From an uncultured Gemmatimonadales bacterium (GTDB lineage Bacteria > Gemmatimonadota > Gemmatimonadetes > Longimicrobiales > RSA9): a stretch of DNA of 64,000 nucleotides. The stretch covers positions 64,001 to 128,000 of the forward strand of contig CAWCUS010000001.1 in the NCBI GenBank assembly GCA_963798845.1, read 5' to 3'. The notes beneath the pieces were generated by a model. That model was not told the DNA's origin and made no database searches. It saw only the letters and a program-made list of their open reading frames with translations. Each line of letters starts with the position of its first letter. Position 1 is the first letter of the stretch. The position numbers and the translations under genes were made by a program. Positions 1-9,575 of the stretch are shown piece after piece.

Positions 1-24
1 GGACCTGACGGCCCCGCCCCTGCC

Positions 25-40
25 CGGAATGGAAATTGCC
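25..40 (+). promoter_or_regulatory. Candidate sigma54 (-24/-12) promoter for the ASRT-TPP-enolase-FAD/FeS-GH15 operon
   Basis: cGGaatggaaattGCc: GG(26-27)-N10-GC(38-39) with TTGC, about 105 nt upstream of ATG 147; imperfect match to TGGCAC-N5-TTGC. Confidence 0.4.
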
Positions 41-146
41 ACCTGATCACCCGGTCGATCGGGTGCCGACTCCCCCTACGATTGCCACGTCGAGCAGGGC
101 GGGAAGCCGGCCCTTTGACTCGTGATCCCCGGGTGGAGGTGGGCGC

Positions 147-533
147 ATGGGACGTGCAGTCGGTTCCAGGGTTTGGGCCATCGCAGAGGGGTACATTCCC
201 GACTGGAGCAACGGCCCCGAGCCGCAGATGACCTCTCACGAAACCGCCTGCCTCCTCAACACGACCGATGAGGACGCGGAGGTCCGCATCACCCTCTACT
301 TCGCCGATCGGGAGCCCGCGGGGCCGTACATCATACCGCTCCCGGCGAGGCGCACCAGGCACGTCCGGTTCAACGAGCTCGAAGACCCGGAGCCGGTGCC
401 CCGGGCCACGGACTACGCCAGCGTGATCGAGGCGAGCGTGCCGATCGTCGTGCAGCACTCGCGACTCGACTCGCGCCAGGCGGAGAACGCCCTGCTCAGC
501 ACCATCGCATACGCCGATCACACGAACCCATAG
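147..533 (+). CDS. Anabaena sensory rhodopsin transducer (ASRT) family protein
   Basis: Motifs WAIAEGYIP, SHETACLLN, RRTRHVRFNEL, YASVIEASVPIVVQHSRLD typical of the ASRT family; GGAGG RBS upstream. Confidence 0.85.
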   Translation: MGRAVGSRVWAIAEGYIPDWSNGPEPQMTSHETACLLNTTDEDAEVRITLYFADREPAGPYIIPLPARRTRHVRFNELEDPEPVPRATDYASVIEASVPIVVQHSRLDSRQAENALLSTIAYADHTNP

Positions 534-538
534 CGCCA

Positions 539-2359
539 ATGAGCCAGACCGTCGCCGACTTCATGCTCGAACGTCTTCACGAATGGGGCATCAGCCGCAT
601 TTACGGCTTCCCCGGAGATGGCATCAACGGGATCATGGGCGCCCTCGAGCGCGCCGAGGGGACGGACCACGAGATGAAGTTCGTCCAGGCGCGCCACGAG
701 GAGCTCGCCGCATTCATGGCCTGCGCCCACTCCAAGTTCTCCGGTGAGGTGGGCGTCTGCCTGGCCACGTCCGGCCCGGGCGCCATTCACCTCCTGAACG
801 GCCTCTACGACGCCAACATGGACCATCAGTCCGTCGTGGCGATCGTGGGGCAGCAGGACAGCAAGGCGCTCGGCGGCGACTACCAGCAGGAGGTCGACCT
901 CGGCGTTCTGTTCAAGGACGTGGCCCACCACTACGTCCACCGCTGCGGCAACCCCGCGCAGATGCGACACCTGGTCGACCGGGCCGTCCGCATCGCCAGG
1001 GCGGAGCGCACCGTCACCACCATCATCGTCCCCAACGACGTTCAGGAAATGGCCGCGGTCCCCGAGCCGCCTCGACAGCACGGCACCGTCCATTCCGGCG
1101 TCGGCTACCGGTTCCCGCGCGTGGTCCCCGAGAGCGAGGACCTCCAGGAGGCGGCCGACATCCTGAACGAGGCGGAGAAGGTGGCCATCCTGGTGGGTGC
1201 CGGCGCTCTCGGCGCCACCAGCGAGGTCATGCAGCTCGCCGACGTGCTCGGCGCCGGCGTCGCCAAGGCGCTTCTCGGCAAGGCGGTCATCGACGACGCT
1301 CTTCCCTACTGCACCGGCTCGATCGGGCTCCTGGGCACCCGCCCCAGCTGGAACCTCATGAGTGACTGCGACGCCCTCCTGATGATCGGTTCCAGCTTCC
1401 CCTATTCCGAGTTCCTCCCGGAAGAAGGCCAGGCCAAGGGGATCCAGATCGACATCGAGCCCCGCATGCTCGGTCTTCGCTACCCCATGGACGTCAACCT
1501 CCATGGCGACGCCAAGCCCACCCTCCAGGAGCTCATCCCGCTCCTCGTGGAGAAGGAAGACCGCAGCTGGCGGAAGAAGATCGAGGACGACATCGTCGAC
1601 TGGTGGCAGGTCCTCGAGGAGCGCGCCCACCGCGACGCCGATCCCATCAACCCGCAGCGGGTATTCTGGGAGCTGTCCCCGAAGCTCCCCCGCGACGTCA
1701 TCCTGGCCTCCGACTCCGGCTCCGCGGCCAACTGGTGGGCCCGCGATCTCAAGGTGAAGCCCTCCATGAAGGCGTCGCTGTCCGGAAACCTGGCCACCAT
1801 GGGTCCCGGCGTGCCGTACGTGATCGCGGCCAAGTTCGCCTGGCCCGGCCGTCCCGCCATCGCCCTCGTCGGCGACGGCGCCATGCAGATGAACGGCATC
1901 AACGGCCTGATCACCATCGCCAAGTACTGGGAAACCTGGGACGACCCGCGCCTCATCATCGGCGTCCTCAACAATCAGGACCTCAACCAGGTCACCTGGG
2001 AGCAGCGCGTCCTGGCTGGCGACGCCGAGTACCCCATCACCCAGGATCTCCCCGACTTCCACTTCGCCGAGTACGCGCACCAGCTCGGCCTCGGCGGCAC
2101 CCGCGTCGAGACCCCCACCCGGATCGCCGACGCGTGGGACGAGGCGCTCAGCGCGGACCGGCCCTATGTCGTAGAATTCGTGACGGACCCGGACGTGCCG
2201 CCGCTGCCGCCTCACATCACCCTTCAGCAGGCGCGGCACTTCTGGAAGTCGATGCTCAAGGGGGACCCGCACAGGGCGGGCGTGCTCAAGCAAACGGCGA
2301 AGGACATGTTCTCCTCCGTAGCCGGTCGTGTGCCGGGGGTGGGATCGAGCGACGAGTGA
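539..2359 (+). CDS. Thiamine pyrophosphate-requiring enzyme (pyruvate oxidase/PoxB-like)
   Basis: GFPGDG, ARHEE, TSGPGAIHLLNGLYDA, TPP motif GDGAMQM...LNN. Confidence 0.9.
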   Translation: MSQTVADFMLERLHEWGISRIYGFPGDGINGIMGALERAEGTDHEMKFVQARHEELAAFMACAHSKFSGEVGVCLATSGPGAIHLLNGLYDANMDHQSVVAIVGQQDSKALGGDYQQEVDLGVLFKDVAHHYVHRCGNPAQMRHLVDRAVRIARAERTVTTIIVPNDVQEMAAVPEPPRQHGTVHSGVGYRFPRVVPESEDLQEAADILNEAEKVAILVGAGALGATSEVMQLADVLGAGVAKALLGKAVIDDALPYCTGSIGLLGTRPSWNLMSDCDALLMIGSSFPYSEFLPEEGQAKGIQIDIEPRMLGLRYPMDVNLHGDAKPTLQELIPLLVEKEDRSWRKKIEDDIVDWWQVLEERAHRDADPINPQRVFWELSPKLPRDVILASDSGSAANWWARDLKVKPSMKASLSGNLATMGPGVPYVIAAKFAWPGRPAIALVGDGAMQMNGINGLITIAKYWETWDDPRLIIGVLNNQDLNQVTWEQRVLAGDAEYPITQDLPDFHFAEYAHQLGLGGTRVETPTRIADAWDEALSADRPYVVEFVTDPDVPPLPPHITLQQARHFWKSMLKGDPHRAGVLKQTAKDMFSSVAGRVPGVGSSDE

Positions 2360-3465
2360 CCCGCTTGGCCGGAGGCGTGCCCGTACAGAGCGTGGAGGTG
2401 GGGGCGTACACGGTCCCCACCGACACGCAGCCGGAGTCCGACGGCACGCTCGTGTGGGATTCGACCACGATCGTCGTGGTCCACGTCCACGGGGGCGACC
2501 GGACGGGGGTGGGGTACGCCTACAATCACGCGGCGACGGCCGAAGTGATCAGGGACACGCTCGCGGGCGTTGTCGAGGGCATGGACGCCCTCGACGTGGA
2601 GCGCTGCTGGGACGCCATGCGCGCGGCCGTCCGCAACATGGGCAGCCGGGGCATCGCCTCCTCGGCGTACTCTGCCGTGGACATGGCGCTCTGGGATCTC
2701 AAGGCGAGGCTCATGGATGTCTCGCTGGTGGCGCTCCTCGGCGCCCGCCGCGACGCCGCCCCCATCTACGGGAGCGGCGGCTTTACTTCCTACGGCATCG
2801 ACCGGCTGCGCGAGCAGCTCGGGGGCTGGGTGCACGAACAGAAGATCCCGCGGGTGAAGATGAAGATCGGCCGCGACCCCGCGTCGGATCCCGCCCGCGT
2901 CGCTGAGGCGCGCGACGCGATCGGCCCCGACGCCGAGCTGTTCGTGGACGCCAACGGCGCCTACGACCGCCGCCAGGCCGTCGACCTCGCCGGCCGCTTC
3001 GCCGGGGAGGGCGTGAGCTGGTTCGAGGAGCCGGTGAGCTCCGACGACCGCAACGGCCTCCGCTTCGTGCGCGAGCACACCCCGCCCGCCGTGCGCGTCA
3101 CCGCGGGAGAGTACGGCTGGAGCGAGTTCCACTTCCGGGACATGCTGCGCGCCCGGGCGACGGACGTGCTCCAGCCCAATGCCACCCGATGCGGCGGATA
3201 CACCGGTTTTCTGCGGGTGGCGGAGCTGTGCGCGGCATGGCACACGCCGATCTCCGCGCACACCGCTCCGCAGATCCACGCCCACGTGGCGTGCGCCGCG
3301 CCGGGCCTGCTGCACCTCGAGTACTTCCACGACCATGACCGGATCGAGCGCCTCTTCTTCGATGGCGTGCTGGAGCCGGAGGGCGGCGCCCTGCGCCCTG
3401 ACCGGTCGCGGGCCGGGAACGGGCTCGAATTCAAACCAGACGACGCGGAGCGATTCCGCGCGTGA
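2356..3465 (+). CDS. Mandelate racemase/muconate lactonizing (enolase superfamily) enzyme
   Basis: KMKIG, DANG, FEEP, AGEY, SAH motifs; GTG start overlaps upstream stop (GTGA). The ORF-track extension to 1603 overlaps the TPP gene. Confidence 0.88.
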   Translation: MTRLAGGVPVQSVEVGAYTVPTDTQPESDGTLVWDSTTIVVVHVHGGDRTGVGYAYNHAATAEVIRDTLAGVVEGMDALDVERCWDAMRAAVRNMGSRGIASSAYSAVDMALWDLKARLMDVSLVALLGARRDAAPIYGSGGFTSYGIDRLREQLGGWVHEQKIPRVKMKIGRDPASDPARVAEARDAIGPDAELFVDANGAYDRRQAVDLAGRFAGEGVSWFEEPVSSDDRNGLRFVREHTPPAVRVTAGEYGWSEFHFRDMLRARATDVLQPNATRCGGYTGFLRVAELCAAWHTPISAHTAPQIHAHVACAAPGLLHLEYFHDHDRIERLFFDGVLEPEGGALRPDRSRAGNGLEFKPDDAERFRA

Positions 3466-3488
3466 GGACCGCATAGAGGGGAACGACC

Positions 3489-6400
3489 ATGGCGACACTG
3501 ATCCGAGCCGGGCAGCGCGAGCGCCCGAGCCATTCCGGCGGCGCGGCGGCCATCGAGGCCACGGACCTCGAGCGCGCGCTCCGCGAGGCGATCGAGGGCG
3601 AGGTCCGCTTCGACGCCCAGGCGCGCGCCATGTACCAGACCGACGCGTCCAGCTACCGCCAGATCCCGATCGGCGTGGTCCTGCCCCGCGATGTCGCCGA
3701 CGTGAGGCACGCGGTCCGCCTGGCGCGCGAGCACGGCGCCCCAATCCTCGGCCGTGGCGGGGGCACGAGCCTGGCCGGTCAGTGCTGCAACGCCGCCGTG
3801 GTGCTCGACTTCTCGAAGTACATGAACCAGGTCCTGGAAGTGAACGTCCAGGAGAAGTGGGCCCGCGTCCAGCCGGGGACTGTCCTCGATGACCTCCGTG
3901 ACGCCCTCGCCGGCACCGGCCTCACGTACGGTCCGGATCCCGCCACCCACGACCGGTGCACGCTCGGCGGTATGATCGGCAACAACTCGTGCGGCATCCA
4001 CTCGGTCCAGGCGCAGCACTATGGCCCCGGCCCGCGCACCGAGGATCAGGTCCTGGAGCTGACCCTCCTCACGTACGACGGTGAAGTCCTCACGGTCGGA
4101 CCGACCGGTGACGACGAGCTGGAGCGGATCATCGCCGCCGGCGGCCGGCGGGGAGAGATCTACCGCCGCCTGCGCGATCTGCGCGACCGCCACGCCGACG
4201 AGATCCGCGCCCGCTACCCCGACATCCCCCGGCGCGTCTCCGGCTACAACCTCCCCTCCCTCCTGCCGGAGAACGGCTTCGATGTGGCCAAGGCGGTCGT
4301 CGGGTCGGAGAGCACGTGCGTCCTGGTGCTGGAGGCGAAGGTCCGGCTCATCCACAACCCCCCGAAGCGCGCGCTCCTGATCATCGGCTACAACGACATC
4401 TACCACGCGGCGGACCACGTGATGGAGATCCAGAAGTACAAGCCGCTGGGACTCGAGGGGATCGATGACGACCTCACCCAGTACATGAAGCTGAAGAAGC
4501 TGCACACCAGTCAGCTCAAGTACATGCCCGAGGGGCACGGCTGGCTGTTCGTCGAGTTCGGCGGAGACACCACGGAGGAAGCGGAGTCCCGCGCCCGGGC
4601 GGCAATGGAGGAGCTCCGGGGCACCAGCGAGCACCTGCGGGACATGAAGCTCTACACGGACGAGGAGATCCAGCACGAGGTCTGGCAGGTCCGTGAGTCC
4701 GGCCTGGGCGCGACCGCCTTCGTCCCCGGGATGCCCAGCGCGTGGGAGGGGTGGGAGGACTCCGCCGTGCCGCCCGAGCACGTGGGCGACTACCTCCGGG
4801 ACTTCCGCAAGCTGATGCAGAAGTACGGCTACACCGCCGCCCTTTACGGCCATTTCGGGCAGGGGTGTGTCCACTGCCGCATCACGTTCGACTACGAGAC
4901 GCGCAAGGGCCTCGACCAGTACCTCGCCTTCATCGACGAGGCCGCCGACCTCGTCCTCAGCTACGGCGGCTCGCTTTCCGGCGAGCACGGCGACGGCCAG
5001 AGCCGCGGCGCGCTCCTGCCCAAGATGTTCGGCGAGGAGCTCATGGATGCGTTCCGGGAGTTCAAGCGGATCTGGGACCCGGACTGGATGATGAACCCGG
5101 GCAAGGTGGTGGATGCCTATCCGCCGGATTCCAACCAGTTCCTGGGCGTGGACTACAACCCCGGGAACGTGAAGACCCACTTCGCCTTCCCACACGACAA
5201 GTTCACTTTCCAGAATGCCGCCATCCGGTGCGTGGGCGTAGGCAAGTGCCGGCGGACGGACGGCGGAACCATGTGCCCGTCGTACATGGTCACACGCAAC
5301 GAGAAGGACTCGACTCGCGGCCGGGCGCGCCTCCTGTACGAGATGCTCCGGGGAGACGTCATCCATGACGGCTGGAAGAGCGAGGAGGTGAAAGACGCCC
5401 TCGACCTCTGCCTCTCCTGCAAGGGGTGCAAGGGCGACTGCCCGGTGAACGTGGACATGGCCACGTACAAGGCGGAGTTCCTGTCGCACTACTACGAGGG
5501 CCGCCTCCGTCCTCGCTACGCCTACTCCATGGGGCTCATCGACTGGTGGGCCCGCGCCGCCCAGGTCTCACCGGCGCTGGTCAACTGGGTCATGAGCGCC
5601 CCGGGGCTATCGACGATCGTGAAGAAGATCGGCGGCATCGCGACACAGCGCGAAATGCCGCCATTCGCGCAGCAGACCTTCCGCGAGTGGATCGATGTCC
5701 GCGGCCCTTCCACTGTGGACGGCCCCCGCGTACTCGTGTGGCCGGACACGTTCAACAACTATTTCCACCCCGAGATCGGCCGCGCCACCGTGGAGGTGCT
5801 GGAGGGGGCGGGCTTCCACCCGGTGCTTCCGGACACCCGGATCGCCTCCGGCCGTCCCCTCTACGACTACGGCATGCTCCGGCTCGCCAGGCGCCAGCTG
5901 CGCCGGATCATGGACGAGCTGCGCGGCGAGATCCGGGACGGCACCCCGCTGGTCGGAATGGAGCCGAGCGTGGTCTCCGTCTTCCGCGACGAGCTCGTGA
6001 ATCTCTTCCCCCACGACAAGGATGCGGAGCGACTGGCCAAGCAGACGTACATGCTCACCGAGTTCCTGGATCGCTACGGCACGGCCTCGGACCTCGGAAG
6101 CCTCGAGGGCGAGCACGCCATCGTCCACGGCCATTGCCACCACAAGGCGGTTCTCGACTTCGACAGCGAGAAGCACATCCTCGATCGGCTCGGCATCGAG
6201 TACGAGGTGCTGGATTCGGGGTGCTGCGGGATGGCGGGCTCGTTCGGGTTCGAGGAGGGGCACTTCGACGTGTCGCAGGCCGCGGCGGAGCGTGTCCTGC
6301 TCCCCGCTGTCCGCGACGCCGACCCTCGCACGCTCGTCATCACCGACGGCTTCTCCTGCCGCGAGATGCTCGAGCAGAACCGGCTGCGCCGCCCGTTGCA

Positions 6401-6584
6401 CACGGCCGAGGTGATCCACATGGCCATGGAGCGCGCCGGACGCCTGCCCTCCCCCGCCAGGCGCGCCCGCGCGCTCCGGGCCGGCAATGGCCAGGGCGTG
6501 CGCACCGGAATGCTCGTGGCGGCCGGCGTCGGCGCCGGGTTCCTGGCGTACAGGCTCGGCCGGGCCATGACCCGAAGCAGCTGA
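3489..6584 (+). CDS. FAD-binding and Fe-S-binding oxidoreductase (GlcD/GlcF-type fusion, D-2-hydroxyacid dehydrogenase-like)
   Basis: GRGGGTSLAGQ, GGMIGNNSCG, SGEHGDG, CVGVGKC, CLSCKGCKGDCP, HGHCH, CCGMAGSFG. Confidence 0.9.
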   Translation: MATLIRAGQRERPSHSGGAAAIEATDLERALREAIEGEVRFDAQARAMYQTDASSYRQIPIGVVLPRDVADVRHAVRLAREHGAPILGRGGGTSLAGQCCNAAVVLDFSKYMNQVLEVNVQEKWARVQPGTVLDDLRDALAGTGLTYGPDPATHDRCTLGGMIGNNSCGIHSVQAQHYGPGPRTEDQVLELTLLTYDGEVLTVGPTGDDELERIIAAGGRRGEIYRRLRDLRDRHADEIRARYPDIPRRVSGYNLPSLLPENGFDVAKAVVGSESTCVLVLEAKVRLIHNPPKRALLIIGYNDIYHAADHVMEIQKYKPLGLEGIDDDLTQYMKLKKLHTSQLKYMPEGHGWLFVEFGGDTTEEAESRARAAMEELRGTSEHLRDMKLYTDEEIQHEVWQVRESGLGATAFVPGMPSAWEGWEDSAVPPEHVGDYLRDFRKLMQKYGYTAALYGHFGQGCVHCRITFDYETRKGLDQYLAFIDEAADLVLSYGGSLSGEHGDGQSRGALLPKMFGEELMDAFREFKRIWDPDWMMNPGKVVDAYPPDSNQFLGVDYNPGNVKTHFAFPHDKFTFQNAAIRCVGVGKCRRTDGGTMCPSYMVTRNEKDSTRGRARLLYEMLRGDVIHDGWKSEEVKDALDLCLSCKGCKGDCPVNVDMATYKAEFLSHYYEGRLRPRYAYSMGLIDWWARAAQVSPALVNWVMSAPGLSTIVKKIGGIATQREMPPFAQQTFREWIDVRGPSTVDGPRVLVWPDTFNNYFHPEIGRATVEVLEGAGFHPVLPDTRIASGRPLYDYGMLRLARRQLRRIMDELRGEIRDGTPLVGMEPSVVSVFRDELVNLFPHDKDAERLAKQTYMLTEFLDRYGTASDLGSLEGEHAIVHGHCHHKAVLDFDSEKHILDRLGIEYEVLDSGCCGMAGSFGFEEGHFDVSQAAAERVLLPAVRDADPRTLVITDGFSCREMLEQNRLRRPLHTAEVIHMAMERAGRLPSPARRARALRAGNGQGVRTGMLVAAGVGAGFLAYRLGRAMTRSS

Positions 6585-6588
6585 GGGC

Positions 6589-8481
6589 GTGGCCGACGCG
6601 TCCTCTCCCCAGCCGGGGACCGGACAGCCGTCCATCGATGACTACGGCGTCATCGGGGACTGCCGCACCCTCGCCCTCGTGTCGCGCGCGGGCTCGGTGG
6701 ACTGGCTCTGCATCCCCCGATTCGAGGGACCATCCCTGTTCGCGGCGCTCCTGGACACGGACAAGGGCGGGTCGTTCAGCATCCGACCCACGGCCGACTT
6801 CACCACGGAGCGACGCTACCGTCCGGGCACCAACGTCCTCGAGACCACCTTCCACACCCGCGGCGGCGTGCTCCGCCTCACGGACGCCATGACGCTTCCC
6901 CGCTGGGATGCTCGCCCGGGTGAGCTCTTCCCCGACCACGAGATCCTGCGACGCGCCGAGTGTCTCGACGGCGAGGTCGAGGTGGAGCTCATCTGCGATC
7001 CGCGCTTTCGTTACGGGCGCGACATCCCCACGGGGAAGGAGCTCGGCAACGTGGGCATCCACTTCGACGGGGACGCCCACACGGTGATGCTCCGCTCCGA
7101 CATCCCCCTCCACCGCCGCGACGGCAAGCCCGGCTGGACCGGGCGCGAAGCCCTGTCCGCCGGCGAGCGTTGCTACGCCTCGCTCACGTCCGAGTTCGCG
7201 CGCCCCGCCATCGCCCTCCGCCTCGGCGACGCCGCCGATCGCCGCCTGGACAGCACCGCCGATTGGTGGCAGACCTGGCTCTCCCAGTGCTCCTACGACG
7301 GTGAGTACCGTGAGCAGGTGCTGCGCAGCATGCTCACGCTGAAGCTGCTCGTCTTCCCGCCCTCCGGCGCCATCGTCGCGGCCGGCACCACGTCCCTCCC
7401 GGAAGTCGCGGGCGGCGTTCGGAACTGGGACTACCGCTTCTGCTGGCTCCGCGACGCCTCCATGACGACGGAGGTCCTGCTCCACAGCGGCTTCACGGCG
7501 GAAGGAGAGGCGTTCCTCGGCTGGCTGCTCCATGCCACGCGCCTGACCCGCCCCAAGCTCCAGGTCCTTTACGACGTCTACGGACGCACCAAGCACCCCG
7601 AACGAAACCTCTCGCACCTGGCCGGCTACCACGGATCCCGCCCCGTTCGCGTGGGGAACGGTGCCGCCGGGCAACTCCAGATGGACGTGTACGGCGAGGT
7701 GATCAGGGCGGCGTGGACGTTCGTCGAGCAGGGCGGCGCCCTGGACGGGGCGGAAGCCAGCATGCTGGGCGACCTCGGGGAGACGCTGATGAAGTGGTGG
7801 AGGCGTCCCGGGAACGGGATCTGGGAGCTGCGCGGCGACCGCCACCACTTCACGCAGTCGCTCGCCATGTGCTGGGTCGGGCTCGATTGCCTGACCCGCC
7901 TCCACGACCAGGGGGCCGTGAAGCTGAAGCGCCCGCGCGGCGAGGTGGAAGAACAGAAGGATGCGATCCGGAAAGCCATCGAGTCCGAGGGCTGGAGCGA
8001 CGAGCTGGACAGCTACGTCGCCTGGTTCGGCAGCGATCACATCGACGCTTCGCTGCTGCTCCTGGGCATCATGGGGTACGAGGACCCGGGCAGCGACCGC
8101 ATACGCAGCACCCTGGAGCGCGTGGACCAGCGCCTGGGCGTCCGCGGACTCCTCTACCGCTACCGTTACGACGACAACCTGCCCGGTCAGGAGGGCGCGT
8201 TCGGCATCTGCGGCTTCTGGAAGGCGGAGCTGCTGGCGCAGCAGCGCAGAGTCGACGAGGCCATACGGGCGTTCGATCACGCCGCCTCCTTCGCCAACGA
8301 CCTCGGGCTGTTCTCCGAAGAGATCGACCCGGAGACCGGAGCGCTCCTCGGCAACTTCCCCCAGGCGTTCACCCACATCGGCCTCGTGAGCGCCGCCAAC
8401 GAGATCGCCCGCGCACGGGGCAAGCCGCCGGAGAAGGCGGCGAAAAAGCCAGACACCACTCGAGCCCAGACGGAATCATGA
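6589..8481 (+). CDS. Glycoside hydrolase family 15 (trehalase/glucoamylase-like)
   Basis: IDDYGVIGDCRT, GSVDWLC, RNWDYRFCWLRDA, IWELR, LFSEE, GNFPQAFTH; GTG start. Confidence 0.92.
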   Translation: MADASSPQPGTGQPSIDDYGVIGDCRTLALVSRAGSVDWLCIPRFEGPSLFAALLDTDKGGSFSIRPTADFTTERRYRPGTNVLETTFHTRGGVLRLTDAMTLPRWDARPGELFPDHEILRRAECLDGEVEVELICDPRFRYGRDIPTGKELGNVGIHFDGDAHTVMLRSDIPLHRRDGKPGWTGREALSAGERCYASLTSEFARPAIALRLGDAADRRLDSTADWWQTWLSQCSYDGEYREQVLRSMLTLKLLVFPPSGAIVAAGTTSLPEVAGGVRNWDYRFCWLRDASMTTEVLLHSGFTAEGEAFLGWLLHATRLTRPKLQVLYDVYGRTKHPERNLSHLAGYHGSRPVRVGNGAAGQLQMDVYGEVIRAAWTFVEQGGALDGAEASMLGDLGETLMKWWRRPGNGIWELRGDRHHFTQSLAMCWVGLDCLTRLHDQGAVKLKRPRGEVEEQKDAIRKAIESEGWSDELDSYVAWFGSDHIDASLLLLGIMGYEDPGSDRIRSTLERVDQRLGVRGLLYRYRYDDNLPGQEGAFGICGFWKAELLAQQRRVDEAIRAFDHAASFANDLGLFSEEIDPETGALLGNFPQAFTHIGLVSAANEIARARGKPPEKAAKKPDTTRAQTES

Positions 8482-8951
8482 ACGTGATCGACACGCTCAT
8501 CTGGGGCGGTGTCGCCACCGTCGTCATGACGACGGTCCTGGAAGGCGCCATGTACCTGGGATGGACCCGCATGAGCCTCCCCTTCATACTCGGCACCTTC
8601 TTCACCGGCGACCGGCGCAAGGCGCCCATCATCGGCGCCGTCATCCACATCGCGAACGGCTACATCTTCGCCTTTGGCTACGCGTTCGCTTTCCAGAGCC
8701 TGGGCGTCGCGAGCTGGTGGGTGGGCGCCGCCCTCGGGGTGGTTCACAGCTCGGTGGTCCTCGTCCTCATGCCCTTCCTCCCGGGCATCCACCCCCGGAT
8801 GGCCACCGAGCAGGACGGGCCGAGCGCCCGGCGCGCAATCCAGCCACCCGGGTACTTCGCGCTCAACTACGGCCGCCGGACCCCGCTCTTCGGCATCGCT
8901 TCCCACGTGATCTTCGGGCTCATCATGGGCTTCTTCTACCACCTCGCGTGA
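8478..8951 (+). CDS. Hypothetical 4-TM membrane protein
   Basis: MNVIDTLIWGG...; ATGA coupling to the GH15 stop; four hydrophobic segments; C-rich third codon positions like the upstream genes. Confidence 0.8.
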   Translation: MNVIDTLIWGGVATVVMTTVLEGAMYLGWTRMSLPFILGTFFTGDRRKAPIIGAVIHIANGYIFAFGYAFAFQSLGVASWWVGAALGVVHSSVVLVLMPFLPGIHPRMATEQDGPSARRAIQPPGYFALNYGRRTPLFGIASHVIFGLIMGFFYHLA

Positions 8952-9026
8952 GCGCAACGGCGGACGCCCATCGCCCCGGCGAAGACCGCGCTCTCGCCGC
9001 CACCGGATCACGTCCAGCCCCATGCC

Positions 9027-9575
9027 TCAGCGCTCCGCCTCCCTCTCCCCCTCGCCTTTCGGCTCCTCCTCCCGGATCACGCTGATCTTGCCGTTCGGCT
9101 CCAGGAACACGGTCCGGATCCCCTCCAGCGACGTCACCCCCGATTCCCGCAGCTTCTCCCAGACATCGTCGTCCGTGAGCAGCGCGCGGTGCGACTCCCG
9201 GTGGTCGATCCGCCCGTCCCGCACGATCGCCCGCGGGCTGGAGCGGATGAGGGGACGCAGGACGGGGAAGCGGAGCGAGAGGAGGTTCACCCCCGTGTGA
9301 CAGGCCACGAGCGTAAGGAAGGTGATGGCCCCGTCGGCCACGCCCGGGTACTGTCCCGTCAGCGCCTCCCGGACCGACGTCGCCAGCAGGAAGATGATCA
9401 GCAGGTCGGCCACCGTGAACCGGCCGACTTCCCGCTTGGGCAGGACGCGGAGGATGACGAAGAGCAGCAGGTAGATGGTCGCCGCACGGACCACCAGCTC
9501 CAGGATCGGGCCGTGCGGCAGGAACACCGTGCCCCAGTCGCTGGGGAGCCAGTGGACCGCGGACACCGACATCAT
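9027..9575 (-). CDS. DUF421/YetF-domain membrane protein
   Basis: N-terminal TMs with R-x-x-x-K-R-E-V-G and DL; C-terminal LRESG...LEPNGKISV. Confidence 0.85.
   Translation of the reverse strand: MMSVSAVHWLPSDWGTVFLPHGPILELVVRAATIYLLLFVILRVLPKREVGRFTVADLLIIFLLATSVREALTGQYPGVADGAITFLTLVACHTGVNLLSLRFPVLRPLIRSSPRAIVRDGRIDHRESHRALLTDDDVWEKLRESGVTSLEGIRTVFLEPNGKISVIREEEPKGEGEREAER

Noticed and set aside
1603..2355. Apparent 250-aa N-terminal extension of the enolase-family ORF
   Set aside because: Arg/Pro-rich off-frame read of the TPP gene; the GTGA-coupled start at 2356 is more plausible
518..8376. Long antisense ORFs (518..2293, 2961..5489, 6340..8376) and similar ones opposite valS, clpB, purH and proS
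   Set aside because: Shadow frames of high-GC genes; no motifs, and fully overlapped by well-supported genes on the other strand
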